This document shows positions 44,301 to 58,140 of a stretch of 64,000 bases of DNA, in pieces. The position numbers were made by a program, and so were the translations under genes. This DNA is from the human T2T-CHM13v2.0 reference genome, Homo sapiens. The stretch lies in the NCBI RefSeq assembly GCF_009914755.1, contig NC_060933.1; one strand, given 5' to 3'. Position 1 is the first letter of the stretch. Each line of letters opens with the position of its first letter. The notes under the pieces were generated by a model, which did not search any database, had not been told where the DNA came from, and saw nothing but the letters and a program-made list of their open reading frames with translations.

Positions 44301-46054
44301 AAACCAAATTTCAGTATTATTGGTGCCAACATGTCTATCCTGAGGACCTTTGCTGCTGTTGGACACTCCGTCACCTTTTGGAACACAAGTATATCAAGAT
44401 AGTGGCTACTGATGTTCAAGTGGGATTGAAGTGTGATAAATGGATATATTTTGTTGTTTGCTGGGGTGTTCATGGAGATGTTAAGAGATTGAGGCCCTGG
44501 GCTGAGGGTATATAATGTATGTCAGGTAAAGTTTGAAGACTGCCAAGGAGCAGATTTTCTCCCTGGAAATGTGAAAACTGAACCTATAACTCTGATAAGG
44601 ACTTGAGATGTGTAGAAACGTTGGGTTATGGAAGACTAGTTTCTTCCATAACCCTGAATTGGAGACCTTAATGCTAAGTGTAGATTATTGAGGTTTGTTA
44701 GTGAGGAAAAGAATAAGAGTTCAGAAGCCTTTGTTATCAGATAGCGAAATCAGGGCCTAGTGAGGAGCACAGGTCGACTACATAATGGAGTCCATTGGCG
44801 AACCCTATTGCAATTTGGTCCAACTATATCTTCTGGTGAAGGAAATTAATGATGTAAGAAAATGCAAGAGGCTCAACTTCTCTTCCAAAAATCTTCTGGC
44901 TTCTGAACTCTTCCTCTGCCTCTCTTTAAATAAATAACACAGAATTTCAAGTGGTAGGAGACTTATTAAGCCAGTCACCAAGCTTGGTCTGTCAGCCTGT
45001 CTTCTAACACCTCAAAGATCTTGTGCCCTGTGCTGTCCCTCCCTTGTAATTATGAAAAGTTCTTTGGTTTCTGGGGTGAATTCTACCCATGTATAATGAG
45101 GAATTCTCTCATAACCTTTTTTGTCTTGTCTGTCATCTCTGTTCATCCCTTCCTATAACCTCTAGGTAAAAAGAAAAGAAAAAAAGAAATTTCGAGATAT
45201 TTTCAACATTGTTAGAGTTTGGGCTAAAATGAGCAAGGAGAAAAAAACCACCAAGAACATTTCCTGGGGCATGTTCCAGTTTTGAGGGGTGATATATCTG
45301 CCAGATAGGGGGTATCTGACCCAGTCTTCTTTTCAGCTGGTCTCTGGGGGGAGCTGAGAACTCGCTTGCTACCTCACATCCTTTTCCCCAGACTTTTTAT
45401 CTCCTATGCATCCCTTTGCTTTCTATAGCTGGTGTTTCTTCCCCAAAATGGCGTTCCCATGCTTACCTTTCTCACATTCTAGACAATGATGGACAAAGAC
45501 GCATGCAAGACTCAGACCCGGGGAATGGTGTGGTGCTAATCTCAACACCTGACATTCACAGCAAGCATGGCCCAGCCCAACCGCATGTCTATCTCAAACC
45601 GCAGAAAGGCTTTAATACTGGAAAAAAAGAATTCAAGACTACAGGCAGCTCCCCTCTGTACCCCAACTCATTTAAAATAGGAGGAATCACTTTTTGCCTT
45701 ACTTAACGCTTTTTTCTGAGCACAGGGATGGGCACCTGCACCCCAGAAGGTGTGAGCTGTCTCTCTGCCAGGAGCTAAGGTTCATTAGGGGATTGGATGG
45801 TTTATCACTTCTTTCTTTCTGAGTTTACTTTTAGTAACTTTTATTGATGGCTACCTTTCATGTCCCTGTCTAAAGAGACTTTCTCTTTCATACGTCTTAA
45901 ATCTCATCAATGAAATCCAGTGAAACAGCACCATTTCTTAGTATCATTAAATAACTAGAAAGTATCAAGTATTGCTCTCTGCTGCTTTATATCATTAACA
46001 TATTAATAATACCAAGAAGGAAATACTTTGAATAAGTGTCAGATTCTGATCCAG

Positions 46055-46086
46055 TATTGGACACCTGTGATATTGGACACCTGTGA
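46055..46086 (+). repeat. Perfect 16-bp tandem duplication (tattggacacctgtga)x2
   Basis: Read directly from the sequence. Confidence 0.95.
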
Positions 46087-46957
46087 GGCTGGGATAATTA
46101 CTTTTGAATTACACCTCTTCTCTAGTTTCTGGACCTTGCTCTGTCACTTTAACACAGGGTGATCAAACCTGAATGAGGATCAGAACTCACCCAGGCACAT
46201 ACTAAAGCAAGATTCCTAAACCTCAGTTCCAGGGGTAATTCTGACATCACCCGTCCAGCATAGTCAGCTGAAATTATAAATCTAAGAAACAGTTACATCA
46301 AGATTCTGCTGTGTCATTTAATTCTGAAACTCCCAGTATTCTACCCTTCTTCATCACTGCATATTACCCCACTCTTCCATCCCAAATTGGCTATCCTTTC
46401 AGCCCACCAACTTAGCGGCAGCACTAGGGATTCATTATAAGGTAAATCTGGTTTACATAAAGACCTGAAGGAGGCCTGTATTTGAAGCTCACACTTGGTA
46501 TTGGTATCTCTCATTTTTACTGAGCCAGTGTGGAATACCACTGTATGTACTCATATAAGCCCTTGACTTTTACTGCTCATCAGGATTGGAATATTACTCT
46601 AGCAGTCTTCACACATAGGCAAGTTACAGTCCTTTTAAAAAGTATCTCATTTCCCTATAATGGAACCTAATAGCCAACTTTTTCATAGAAATTGCTAGAA
46701 GAGTTTGATCAACTATAAATGATAAAGTGTTTATAAGCATAGTCAGTGTGACACAGAAACCAATCTTAAAATTGAATTTAATGTTTTATCATATCAGATT
46801 AAATATTTTCTCCATGTCTTATTTTTACTGCAACAAGTTAGAAAGTGGGAACACTTTGATTAATGTCTTAAAATTTGTGGGCCCTCATTTGGATAAAGGC
46901 AGCAATCCTAAGGACTTTTTTTTTTTTTTAACATAATCTGAGAATTTCTCTGTAGAG

Positions 46958-47147
46958 CAGAGACTTTCAAACCTTTTGGCTGTAACCCACAGTAAAAAAC
47001 GCATTTATATCAAACCTTAGAATATGTTTAATGAACAATACTTACCATTCTGATGCTTTTTATTGTTTCAGTTTTTAAAATATGCCAGTTGCAACCCACT
47101 AAATTGATATCTACCAATGGGTTGCAACCCTTAGCTTGAAAAAAACA
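46958..47147. mobile_element. hAT-Charlie-type MITE remnant in the STX17 3' UTR
   Basis: tttcaaac...ttgaaaaa termini with internal gcaaccca inverted repeats. Subfamily not assigned. Confidence 0.5.
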
Positions 47148-47364
47148 CCCTCACAGAGGAACTGGTATTTCTTGAATACCTTCTGTTTGCCAGGCACTTC
47201 ACCAGGCATTTTACAAGTAAGGAAACTGGGCTTCAGAGAAAATAATTTGCAGAGGTTTACTCAACTACAAAGGGGTGAAGCCAGGAATGTTAACTAGGTC
47301 TGTTGAGCTACAAAAACTTTTATGTCTCTCAGACTATACAGCCTCTATACAAAATTGAGATGGG

Positions 47365-47628
47365 GGTTGGGGGCAGGGGCTCATGCCTGCAATCCCAGCA
47401 CTTAGGGAGGCAGAGGCCAGAGGATCACTTGAGCCCAGGAGTTTGAGACCAGCCTGGGCAACATAGTGAGACTCTGTCTGTATGAAAAAAATTAAGAATT
47501 AGCTGGGTGTGGCATAGCACACACCTGTGGTCCCAGCTACATGGGAAGCTGAAGTGGGAGGATCACTTGAACTCAGGAGCAGCCTTGGTGACAGAACAAG
47601 ACCCTCTCTCAAAAAAATATTTAAAAAA
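47365..47628 (+). mobile_element. AluJ-type in the STX17 3' UTR (right arm partly deleted)
   Basis: gaggatcacttgagcccaggagtttgagaccagcctgggcaacatagtgag. Confidence 0.85.
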
Positions 47629-50135
47629 AGGTGGGTCATCCATTCTCCTTTACCAAACAGGCTTTGAAATGACACATTCCATTCATTTGCATCTTTTTAA
47701 AAAACTTCTGATTCCTTACTGAGTGTCCAGCAGCCTCAAAGTTTTTAATGGTAGCTGATGCAGACATAAACAGTGCTCAATTTGGCCCTTAAACTATAAA
47801 ATCAAGAAAGAGTATTTCAATCCCATCCACCTGCCTGCAAGATTTCTTAATGTTCACTAGTTATAACCATTGTTTAAACAGTGCTTTTTGTGTAATTTAA
47901 AAATAAACTTTAATGCTTTTTAAAACAAATTTATCATAATTCATAGATCAAATGATTATCCTTTAAAATGATACCCTTGGGAAATCATGTACTTACTGTA
48001 GTGATGCTAGTATTAATATTACTTAGACCAATTTTGAAACTGTTCTTTCAGAATTGCCTCCAAAGACATTTTGCAGATCATCCCAGAAAAGGGGGTATGA
48101 TGGTGCTGTGTAGAACTGACCAGAGTTCCTGGAGGATTTTGAGGTTATACTGAAACTGAGTGCTGTACAGGGAGAATTGCATGAGTCCAGAAACTTCCTT
48201 CTGTGGGCTGCCTGCCTTCCTGCCCTCCCTTAAGTGCTCTAAGATTTTTGTACAGGAGTAAGAATCAAATACTGGTAACATCAATCACAAGAAGTTGAGG
48301 AAACCTGTAATATAGCTAGATAATATACAACGTTTGTCTTCCATCAGAGTGCAGAAACCAAACCATGCTTTGTGTTAACCTTAAATATGAAAGGTGTTTC
48401 TCAGGGTCCCCTTTGTCCTTCGTTGCTGCCATATGAAATCTTACAAGGAAGGATGAGGAAAAGCCTGGGGGGAGGTTCTCCTCGGAAATGAGGTGGTTTT
48501 TTTTGTTATTAAGTAGAACGTGGCTGTGGTTCACAGGTACTTAACGAATGTTAGATGATGTTCTTAAGTAATCAGAGGCCTAATAAAAGGCAGGGGAGTT
48601 TCTCTTCTAGCCTAAATTAATATTAAAAGTTCAGGGGTATTTTTTGTTTTTAAATTAATACTTTATTGTTTTTAACAGGTGGTTCTCATAATTTACATTC
48701 ATTAATTTGATGCCCTTTTACAAAGAAACTTCTTAGGTATTATAAACCATCAATGTAAAGGATCCACATGGTATGTATCCACATTGCTACTCTCAAATAG
48801 AAATGGGAGATAAGAAATATATCTGTGCAATATTAAATTGAAAAAAAAAACCCATAAAAAGTGTCAAAGGCAAATAATTTGCTCTAGATCACAAAACTAG
48901 TTAGCACAAGGCTAGGATTATAACCAGGGTCTAGGAAAAAATCCTGAAGGTGATTTAACTGAGTGTTAGGCCCTGTCAAGCCACCTGCTAAGGCTCATGG
49001 TCTTTCAGACTAGCTTCAACATTCCAAATCAGGCAATAGCTACAACGGAAAGATAATTGGACGGGGAATCCTGAGATCAGAGTCCTAGTTTGGCTTTGTC
49101 TCTTGTAGCAGGATTTTTTAAATCAGGGGCAGCTCTCTTCTCCCATCCCAGCCATGAATCTTTCAACCTTAGTGGTCACCAACTTGACTCCATTCCTTAT
49201 ATCAAGCCTTGTCCTGTCAATTCTCCCTTAAATGTTAGTTGCATCCATTTCTAAATATATCCATGGCCATCACCCTAGTAAAAAGACTATTACCTCACAC
49301 CCCGCACTTGATCTTCCCCCAACTTTAAGTGACTCAGTTCCTTATATCACTGCCACAAGAATTAACAACCATGTCCATCTTTCATTTTTCTGCTGAAAGA
49401 TTTTCAGTGGTTCCCACTGAATACCAAATAAAGTTCGAATCCCTTAGATTGGCATTCACAGCCTTCTACGTTCTGGCCCCAGCTTTATCTCTTGAAACTC
49501 ACTACTCACCATCTGACAATGCCACTAAAAATCCACAAGAGTGATTTTAAGGTTTTTCTATGGTGAAGGTTCAAACTGGTAATAAACCATGTTTACATTT
49601 TTCTGGTCTAAAATAATTTCTATATTACTTTATAATAGTCAGCTGGGGGTTATTTAAGCTCTTGGACGAGCCTAAAACTTGTATCCTGAAGAAAATATTT
49701 TTTTCCACCAGAAGAAATTGCTTTCAATTTCTTAACCTTCAAAACAATGTCAGTGTTGTCACCTGTGCATTTGATAGCCACAGCACAAGTATTCTTCAGG
49801 AGCATAAATCCTCCAGCCTTGAATGGACCATTGTCCAGCTCCTGTGAAAAACTTAATATTTGAGAAAGACATTCAATGGTACATGTTTTCTGTACACTTC
49901 ATGAGTAGTTGAGATTTTCTTGTATTAAGGTTAATCACTAAAAAGGTGTTTACTTGGGTTTCGTTAACTAAACCCCCTAAAGATGTTTTCCATTTTATTG
50001 TTAAACACTTGGTGTTAGCAAGGGTCAGCACGAGAAAAGGCCCAATGGCAAGAATTTCTGCAAACTCTGTAAAGCTTACTGAATTCATTTGTCATTTATT
50101 ACATTGCTGAGTGGTGCTTGAATAAGGAAACATGC

Positions 50136-50141
50136 AATAAA
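50136..50141 (+). terminator. STX17: Distal polyadenylation signal of STX17 (AATAAA)
   Basis: Canonical hexamer followed ~35 nt later by tgtggtgtgttgagtg (GU-rich downstream element). Confidence 0.65.
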
Positions 50142-52234
50142 TTTACTTATTTAACCAACATTTAACTGAAGGCCTGTGGTGTGTTGAGTGCTGGGGCCAT
50201 ACATAGAAAAATACTAGACCTATAGAATCTACCCCTGTAAACCATTCAGGCTAATGAATTCAGATACCTAAAGCAAGTAAATCACAGTAAAACCTGGTAA
50301 CTGCCCTAAGAGAGGAATGAACAAAGTAATACGAGGGCACACAGAGTGGAGGGACCAAATTCTGCTTGGAAAAGAAGGGGCAGGCTTTGTGGAACATGTG
50401 GTGTTTGAGCCGTACCTAAAGAAGAATATGCCTGATTGAAGATGGAGTTATGGACAAAGGGCTCAAAACACAACATGGTGGGCTCACAGAAAACTAAGAA
50501 ACAAAACGCACCTGAGTGATGAAGATGGTTGGATGGAAATACAGACTAGGATGTGATCTATTTAAAATTTAATACTTCTTTGTTTATAGGAATTGATGTA
50601 TTGCTTTGTGTCAGATAAGACTATTACTCCTCTGAGTTCCTCATTTTGCCTTCTTGCCAGGGAAGTTAGTATTAAACCTCACATTTGGTGGAGTTCTTGG
50701 TATATTTGGCATATTTGCCTTCCTTTCCCACAGGTTGTGCTTTCTTCCCTCTCTGCTTAAGAGATCATCTGCTTAACACTGAATGCCCTCTTTGTTCCTG
50801 TTCTAATAGTCATTCCATATTTATTGAAAACCCACTGAGAAAACAGTCATGAAATTTACTTATTAGTGTCCAAGTGCTTCACAATCGTTTTCCATCTCTA
50901 CATGAACATTTCTTAACCACTGCAATTCATGGCTCCAGTTTTCACTTATGGTTAATTCTGCAATGTTCTCGAACTTCAGAGGGGTAAAATTCTTTCACTG
51001 GTGGTGGTGTGATCTCCTCAACTAGACTGTAATCTGCTTTCAGGACAGGGATCACATCATCTTCTTTGAGTACTTCTTGCAATAAAATACAGTGATGAGA
51101 AGGAAAAAAGAAACTACATTCCTGTTAGTGATTGTTAGATGACGAGTGATGAGGTAATAGCATGTGAGTTCTGCTCTCTTTTGGGGACATGCATTGAAAT
51201 ATGAAATAGCTTTCTAAGACATATCAAATCCTTACTTAGTACCCACTTTTGTATATTAACAGGAATGAATGATGCAACAGAAGAAATCCAGACAACAACT
51301 CCAGGACTTGGAAATCATGAATTTAAATTTTCAGAATTTGCAGGTGAAGATATTTCTATCTCTTTTTCCAATTAAAAGTCATGACTTGGAAGAGAGAGGA
51401 TATAGGACCTGAATCACTGAGGAAATGCTGTGGGAAAATTTGGACTGACTTATCTTCTGTCCTACCTTAGGATTACTAGGTCAGAATAGCAGGAATCCAA
51501 GAAGTATTGATAGTCTGACAGACTAGTATTGAAACAGGATGCAGCAGCAGGAATTTAATGGCCATGTCAAGCAAGCAGGTATTGGCATTGGGCAAGGGTG
51601 GGGCTGAAGAGGTAAGCATTTGACAGGATTTGAACCCGGGTCTCTAATGCTAAGGTTCATATACTTATTCCAACAAACAGACACTCAATTAGCTTATAGG
51701 AATGAAAAGGAATCAAGTGGCATTAATAGTTCTCCATAGTTCCCTTTCTTTCCTCTATAGGCTTTAATGTTCATAACAGGTTGCTGCCACTTATCAGGGT
51801 ACACTGGGGGTCAACAATTCAGGATGTCCTTAACTCTTCTTCCTACCTTGACACCTTGCTATCTATCTCACAGGGTGGTTATGAGGATTAAAAGACTAAA
51901 TTCATATTCAGTGCCTAGAATAGTGCCTGGCTTCTGCTAACTGTGCAAATGTTAGTTGCTGTTACTGTTAGAATTGTTACTATTTTTTCCCAAAGTTTAA
52001 AGGAAATGCACATTAATTTAAAAAAGGTATCATGTACCTACAAGAATAGTGTTAGGGAGACACCTAAAATGAGTGGAGACTTGAGAAATACACTAAGAAT
52101 CCTTAAAATGATTTTTTCAAAAGGCTTTATTAAGACGGTTCAAAGATGACAGATGCCTGGTAGAAAGTGCATCTTTTTCATCTTTATTAAGAATGATATC
52201 CAAACATGAAAATATGTAAGATCTGGTTAGGAGC

Positions 52235-52362
52235 AGGGTGATCATACATCCCAGTTTGTCTGGGACAGTCCTGATTTACATCTGTTGTCCTGGTGAAATT
52301 ACTAATGCTCCCTTTTCATCTCAATGTCCTGATTTGGATGAATACAATTACATGGTCACCTT
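52235..52362. mobile_element. MER94-like (hAT-Blackjack MITE)
   Basis: Terminal inverted repeats agggtgatcat...atggtcacctt. Internal gggacagtcctg motif. Confidence 0.7.
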
Positions 52363-54829
52363 AGTAATAAGGGCAATGAAAATAAGTGTGGCATTATTAA
52401 AAAAAGAGCATCTATATTTTAAAAGAATTGATCATTTCTAGGCTCAGATAAAAAACAAAATCCCAACGTTAGTGGGAACGTATACATGCAAGTTAAATTA
52501 CTACCAGTAATTGTGAAAAACAAGACAATAGAAAATGTTCCAGAACACTGAGCTTGGGCAAAAGGCTAAATTTAAGGCGTAAAAGCTGGATTCCAGAAGC
52601 CACAGACCAGGAAATTTACCTTTGAATCCTGGAAAATTTCTGAAATGGACACTTAGTGTTTTAAATCAGAAAGCCGTGCTCATTCTGAAGTCAGAATTGA
52701 TCACTCAGAATTGATGACCTGTTCTATAATCCTTGCTGTGTGCATAGCCAGGAATGCCATGTTCTATTCCCCTTCCTAGGCAGTAGGTAGGGCAAGAAAA
52801 CAAGGCATCAGGATTCTAATATTGATCTAATCCTATGTAGGCAAGTTTATACAGGGCACCAGGACAGTAGGCATGTGGTTTCTTCCCTGGTAGCCATGGC
52901 AATAAGTAAAACACATGGGACATGTTGTTATTACCTGAGAGGACTAGAACTGTGAGAAAAAAACAGGTCAGCAATACCTAACAATACTTTTATTACAGTA
53001 AGATAATAGAATAATGACAGTCTTTATTAATAACAATTCTCCTGGAGAAGAGCCTGATGTGCTTAGGAAAGTATAGCTCTTTCTATTCTGAGCAAGAAAG
53101 CACTTCCTCTAGGAAGACTCCCAATTCCCAAGGCTGTACACACCTACCTCCATGTTCTCTGCGACTAACTCACATCCTAGCACCTACAACATTCCATTAT
53201 TTACACATCTATTTTGCTCCTTCACTCAACTTTCAGCTCCTTGATGGTAGGTACAGTCTCCTTACTGTTAGATCTGTAGCCTGGAAACAGTAGATAATGC
53301 TTGCTGAATGGCAGATGAATGGTGTTTTGAAAACCACAACAGGGATATTTTGTCAACTCAAGTCTGTTGCTCCGTGAGGCCAAGCTAGGGGTCAGGTTTA
53401 CCTCACAGCAAATGTGGAGTTCAGAAATTTTCCAGCACCTCTGCAGGACTCTGCATTACCCAAGAGGGTATTCAGATGTCATTCTGATAGTTATGTATCT
53501 CTGGGTTGGTGCGCACTGTAAGATTTTAATCTATTCTAGACAAAAACTCTTAGGACCCCAAAGCCGGATTCAGATACAGGATTAAAGGTGACTAGATTCA
53601 CCTAAACACGATTTGTGATGGACAGAATCATCAGATAATTGAGATTTGCAGATTAACCAGTAGAGCTCATTCCACTTACGGCGATGCTTTCTTGTTCTTT
53701 ATTCATTTGCTCACATACTTATTATTTAATTTGGCCTTTTTTTTTTTTTTCCATCAGAGATTTCCTGAGTACTTTCAGTGTCACCAAGTGCTGGGATTAC
53801 AAAGATAGAGGAGTTCGTGCTTTCAGGGCATTCACACAGTGATAAGGAAGAGAGATACGTACACTTCTAACTCTGAATTAGACTGGGTACTCTAAAATCC
53901 ATAAAGGACTGTGGGATCACAGGGAGTGACAAGTGTTATTAGGCACTAAGGATGAATAGGAGGAATTTACTAAGCAGGGTTGGGGGAAGGGGTCTTTTAG
54001 AGAAGCAATTTGTAAGCTGCACTGTTCCTCTTCTGGTGACTCCAAAACCTATTGTTTAAGGGCAGGCCAGCCTTTCCCCAGTGTGTTCTTCAAGAGGGAA
54101 CTTGGATGCTTGCTTCAATGAAAGGCTGGGTTTGAGTGATCACATGGATTCATATAGCTTCCCATTCTGATCAGTACAATTAAATTACCTGGGAAATAAC
54201 TTTAAATCTGAAAAATCTAGCAACTGTGGTCATCTAGATTCTGAGTAAAGGGTTTACAATATGATGTTATTTATAACAAAGTGAATTAGTAAAAAGTCTC
54301 CAATATAGAAATATTTTATAAATATAATTTTATTACTTGGAAATACATACAAAAATTCAAACACAGCTAAAAAACAGTTGCTAAGCAGAGGTCCTATCCA
54401 ACCTGGTTTAATGAACATAAAGTTATTATCAGCATAAAACTTGAGTCCTGAAACAACTTACTGTCTTCAGGGTCTTCAAATAATGGGTTTAAAAACAGAT
54501 AACTGTTTTGTTCTTTACAGCTATTTAAATCTTTCCCCCAAATACAGAGTACTAACATTTGTTTGGTTCATGAGGTTTTATTTTAGAAAAATAGCTAAAG
54601 CTATTAGCTAATGATTTGAAAACTGCAGTACGTTTGCTCATTTCCAGTCTTCTGTCACCTTACATTCTCCATGGTTTCTCAAAAATTCCCAACAGTTGTT
54701 AATAGAAAGCATTTGCAACCTCCAGCAGCTCTCTAGGATACAGAAGTGTGGGTCTAACAACCTTGAAATCATTTAAGGTGACAATAATTTTTTTTTTTTT
54801 TACTTTTCATTTTTGCAATTTCATGTCAT

Positions 54830-54835
54830 TTTATT
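54830..54835 (-). terminator. ERP44: Distal ERP44 poly(A) signal
   Basis: TTTATT on + strand. Confidence 0.5.
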
Positions 54836-57800
54836 TTGGTCCAGCCATATCTCCTTGTAGGAGAAAAAAAAACTGAGTTATTCTGTTCTTCCTGATTGTC
54901 AATCCATTACACTACTTTATCCATTCCTTTTTGCCCTCAGGTTTAAAAAAGAAAAAAAAAAAAGCCTTCTTGACAACCTTAGCATTTTCTATAAATTTAA
55001 GCTTATTGTGAGCTTGAACATTTCAAACACTTCTATATTTCACTCTCCTCTCTGTAGCTTTTGTCATGCCAGTTTTCCCTTCTTTTGCAAATGATCTTTG
55101 ACAACCTGGCTTCATCAGAGAGCTCTGAGATGCCTTAGATGCCCATTCTCTATCTTATTGGCTAGGTTCTTTTAATTTAAAGAAAAAAATAATTTGTAGA
55201 ATGTCATCTAAAAGTTTCCATCCTTTTATGGTCCCCCTCACAATTTGAAAAACTCGAAGAGGTAGCTGGCTAAGAAGCAGAAAGGCCCCCTTTTGGTTCT
55301 GGGGACTCAACCGTGTTCTTCAGTCTGGTCTTGCATCCTCTCTTCCCAGCTGAGAAGCCTGAGGCCCCGAGTAGATCAGATAAACCGGGGAAGACTTCTA
55401 CCTGAAATGGTCTGATTCACGGTTCAGAGGGGGAACAAGTAAGTCTAAATTTGAGACGTGCTTCCACACTATTCTTTCTCAAACTTTAAAGTGAACATAC
55501 TTCCTTGCTTGCAATCTGTTGATGGATCTCTTCTGCCTACAATATATACTACAAACCCCTTAGTCTGGCACACAAGGCCCTGTGTGACCAGCTCCCATTT
55601 CTTTTTCTAGCTTCCCCAACCCCAAATGCCTTACTAAAAGAACTTTTTTCTCTAATGCATTAGGCTGTTTCATACCTTTGCTCAGATTATTCCCTCTCAG
55701 CCAGATCCCTACCTCCTGAGAACACCTATTCATCTTTTTAAAGCTCAAAATAAAAATAATGTCCTCAAATCTCTGCAATTGAGTGCTCCTTTATGCCCTC
55801 TTTAACCTTTATTTTGTCTTTACATCTATAACACGTTACAGTCATTGTTTACATATCCATATGCCTGACTAGGCTGTGAACAACTCTAGGGCAGAAATAA
55901 TGCTTTATTCAGCTTTACATCTTTCATCATATACTACAGCACCAAAAAACTTGCACTGAATAAATGTCAGACTGAAATCTGCTTCCCTGTGACTTCCTCA
56001 AATCCTAGTTCAAGCCCTGGGATCCAGATAGACAGTGCCAGCATTTCAAATAATATCTAAAGACTGTCCCAGTCCCAAGTCTTCTCCAAGCAAAACAGCC
56101 TTAACATCCATGTTTTAAAAACCTTTTTATCCACGCTGTCCTTTCATCCAAGCACTTGAGCTTAGTGACTTTTTATAAAATTAGGCACCAAGTCCTAATG
56201 AGTGCTGAGCCCCTCAGGGTAAAAAAGTAACCAAGGTCACTTTGCTTCTCATTCATTAAATAAACGCCTGATGGTGACTACTAAGTGTCCAGAAATTCTA
56301 GGCACTAGTGATACAGACATTAAATTTAGTTTCCTTGTCCTCAGTGACTTCACAGTCCAGAGAAGACAATGATAGTGGCAGGGCTAGAGCCTAAGCCCAA
56401 TATGCATGAATGCTAAGTAATACTTCCTCAAATCAACTCCCTTTTTAACAGCCACTTTATCATCTTAGAGCATACTGAACACGTACTCCTTGAGGCCTTT
56501 TTCATAATAACTACTCTCAAGCCAGCTCTCTGCAACCTAACCCTTGAATTGTATCTTTTGTTGATTATTTTTTCAAACCCAGTTACAGGATTACTATATT
56601 ATTCCAGTTGATTGCATGTGCTGCTCTTGGTCCTGTGTGCTACCTTGTTGAATGTGAATTTCCATGCTGACCCTCACAGATCTGGTCCATAATCTAACCT
56701 GAAGACCATAACTCTAACTTCATTTAACTTATTGGTTAAAAGCAATGAGGATAACAGAACTAAGGCCCAACCTCTAGAAAGCTCCATCCTACTTTCTTAT
56801 TCACAATTTGATACAATACATTAAATATACCCCTTATCACCTTATTAACATTTATTATTTTGAATAAAACTATGGAAACTTTGGATAAATCATGCATAAC
56901 GAGGAATTATAAGCTGGTTTTTAAAAATAACAATCATTAAATATCCATTATAAATATTAATTTTATTTTAAAAGAATTGGAAGATGTTACATATATTACA
57001 TACTACATATAATGGCACATGTCAGCCTTTTAAGCTTAAAAATAATCTTTTCCCAAACTGGGATTGATTTATACCCAAGTATAAAATGACCCTTGGCCTA
57101 TAGCACCAACCCAGGCCCAGAGGAAAAGCCAGTTTTGAACCTGTCTGTCCTCTGGCACTGGGCTTCCTGATATGACACTGAGGGTCCTCTCCCTCTGGTT
57201 TTATTCCCTGGCAGTATTGAGGCCTGGCACAGGGACCCATCTTACTGTATGCTGCAGGCCTGGGGAAATCAGGGAATCTAGAGGGGGTAGGGTCCTCTAA
57301 CCATTTTATAATGAAAAAAAGTTAAATATGTTCCTTATTCTGTGTTTTTGATTTATACAACTATAACAAGACTCTACAAGACAGAAGGAGCTTAAAATTA
57401 CTGAAATACAATTTCTCTGCTAGTTCTTCTCTTTGGAAATTGAAGTCTCATAATAGGAGGAGCCTTAAAAGTCATCTAGTTCTGATTGGTAGCCTGTTCC
57501 ACTGTCACCTCCCTGTCCCAGATTTAGGTATAATTCATTCAAAGTTTTAAATGCCATCCATATGCCACATTTTTAGACAAACACAGAAGCTTAATAATAC
57601 TTTTCATTTTCTTTTTCTTGTTTCATAAGGACAATTCCTGCCAAATGTTCTGTCTTATGACTCTCCTCCACTTCAAAGTATGTTTAAGTTACACATTAAG
57701 AATCCAAAAAAATACCACTATGGAATTTTCATAAGCAATATCCAACCAATCAGTAAAACACAGTACACAGTGTGAAAACTTTAATTTATTCCCCTCCCAA

Positions 57801-58134
57801 GTATCCAGAATGTATATCTCTTTAGCTTTGAGAAATGAGATACTGAAAATACCAACAGAATTGATCATATGAAAGAAAGAAAAGCACATACGACACAGGA
57901 AACATCCCTAAGTCCTCCCTACCCTAGTAGTGCAAGTTAATGGTAAGTTTCTGGCAATGTCACCTTTCATTTGATTTATAAAACTTTTACAGGACAGATT
58001 TAAAGTGGAGATAGGCCTCTGATTTTTATTTTTAAATCCTAGCAGGTTTTTTTTTTTTTAAGAGGCTACTATATTAAATGACAATGCATTTTGAGTCGGG
58101 GAGAAAAAAATTAAAAACCCAAAATTTCTTTCTG

Positions 58135-58140
58135 TTTATT
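58135..58140 (-). terminator. ERP44: Proximal ERP44 poly(A) signal
   Basis: TTTATT on + (AATAAA on -), ~100 nt after the stop. Upstream UGUA (taca at 58152-58155) and a U-rich downstream element. Confidence 0.65.

Larger units (their letters stand above)
44301..50160 (+). other. STX17: STX17 long 3' UTR
   Basis: Follows the stop codon. Ends after AATAAA at 50136-50141 with a GT-rich stretch downstream. The end point is approximate and consistent with my recollection of a ~7 kb mRNA. Confidence 0.7.

Noticed and set aside
44033-44366. Antisense ORFs overlapping the last STX17 exon
   Set aside because: Shadow ORFs of a Gly/Ala-rich coding exon. No independent evidence.
45416-45706. 96-aa ORF in the STX17 3' UTR
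   Set aside because: Non-ATG start, no recognisable domain, and a length expected by chance.
51615-51660. tRNA B-box-like ggatttgaacccggg
   Set aside because: tRNA-derived head of a MIR SINE. No cloverleaf.
52691-52718. 14-bp imperfect direct repeat (tcagaattgat(c/g)ac)
   Set aside because: Ordinary local duplication with no supporting context.
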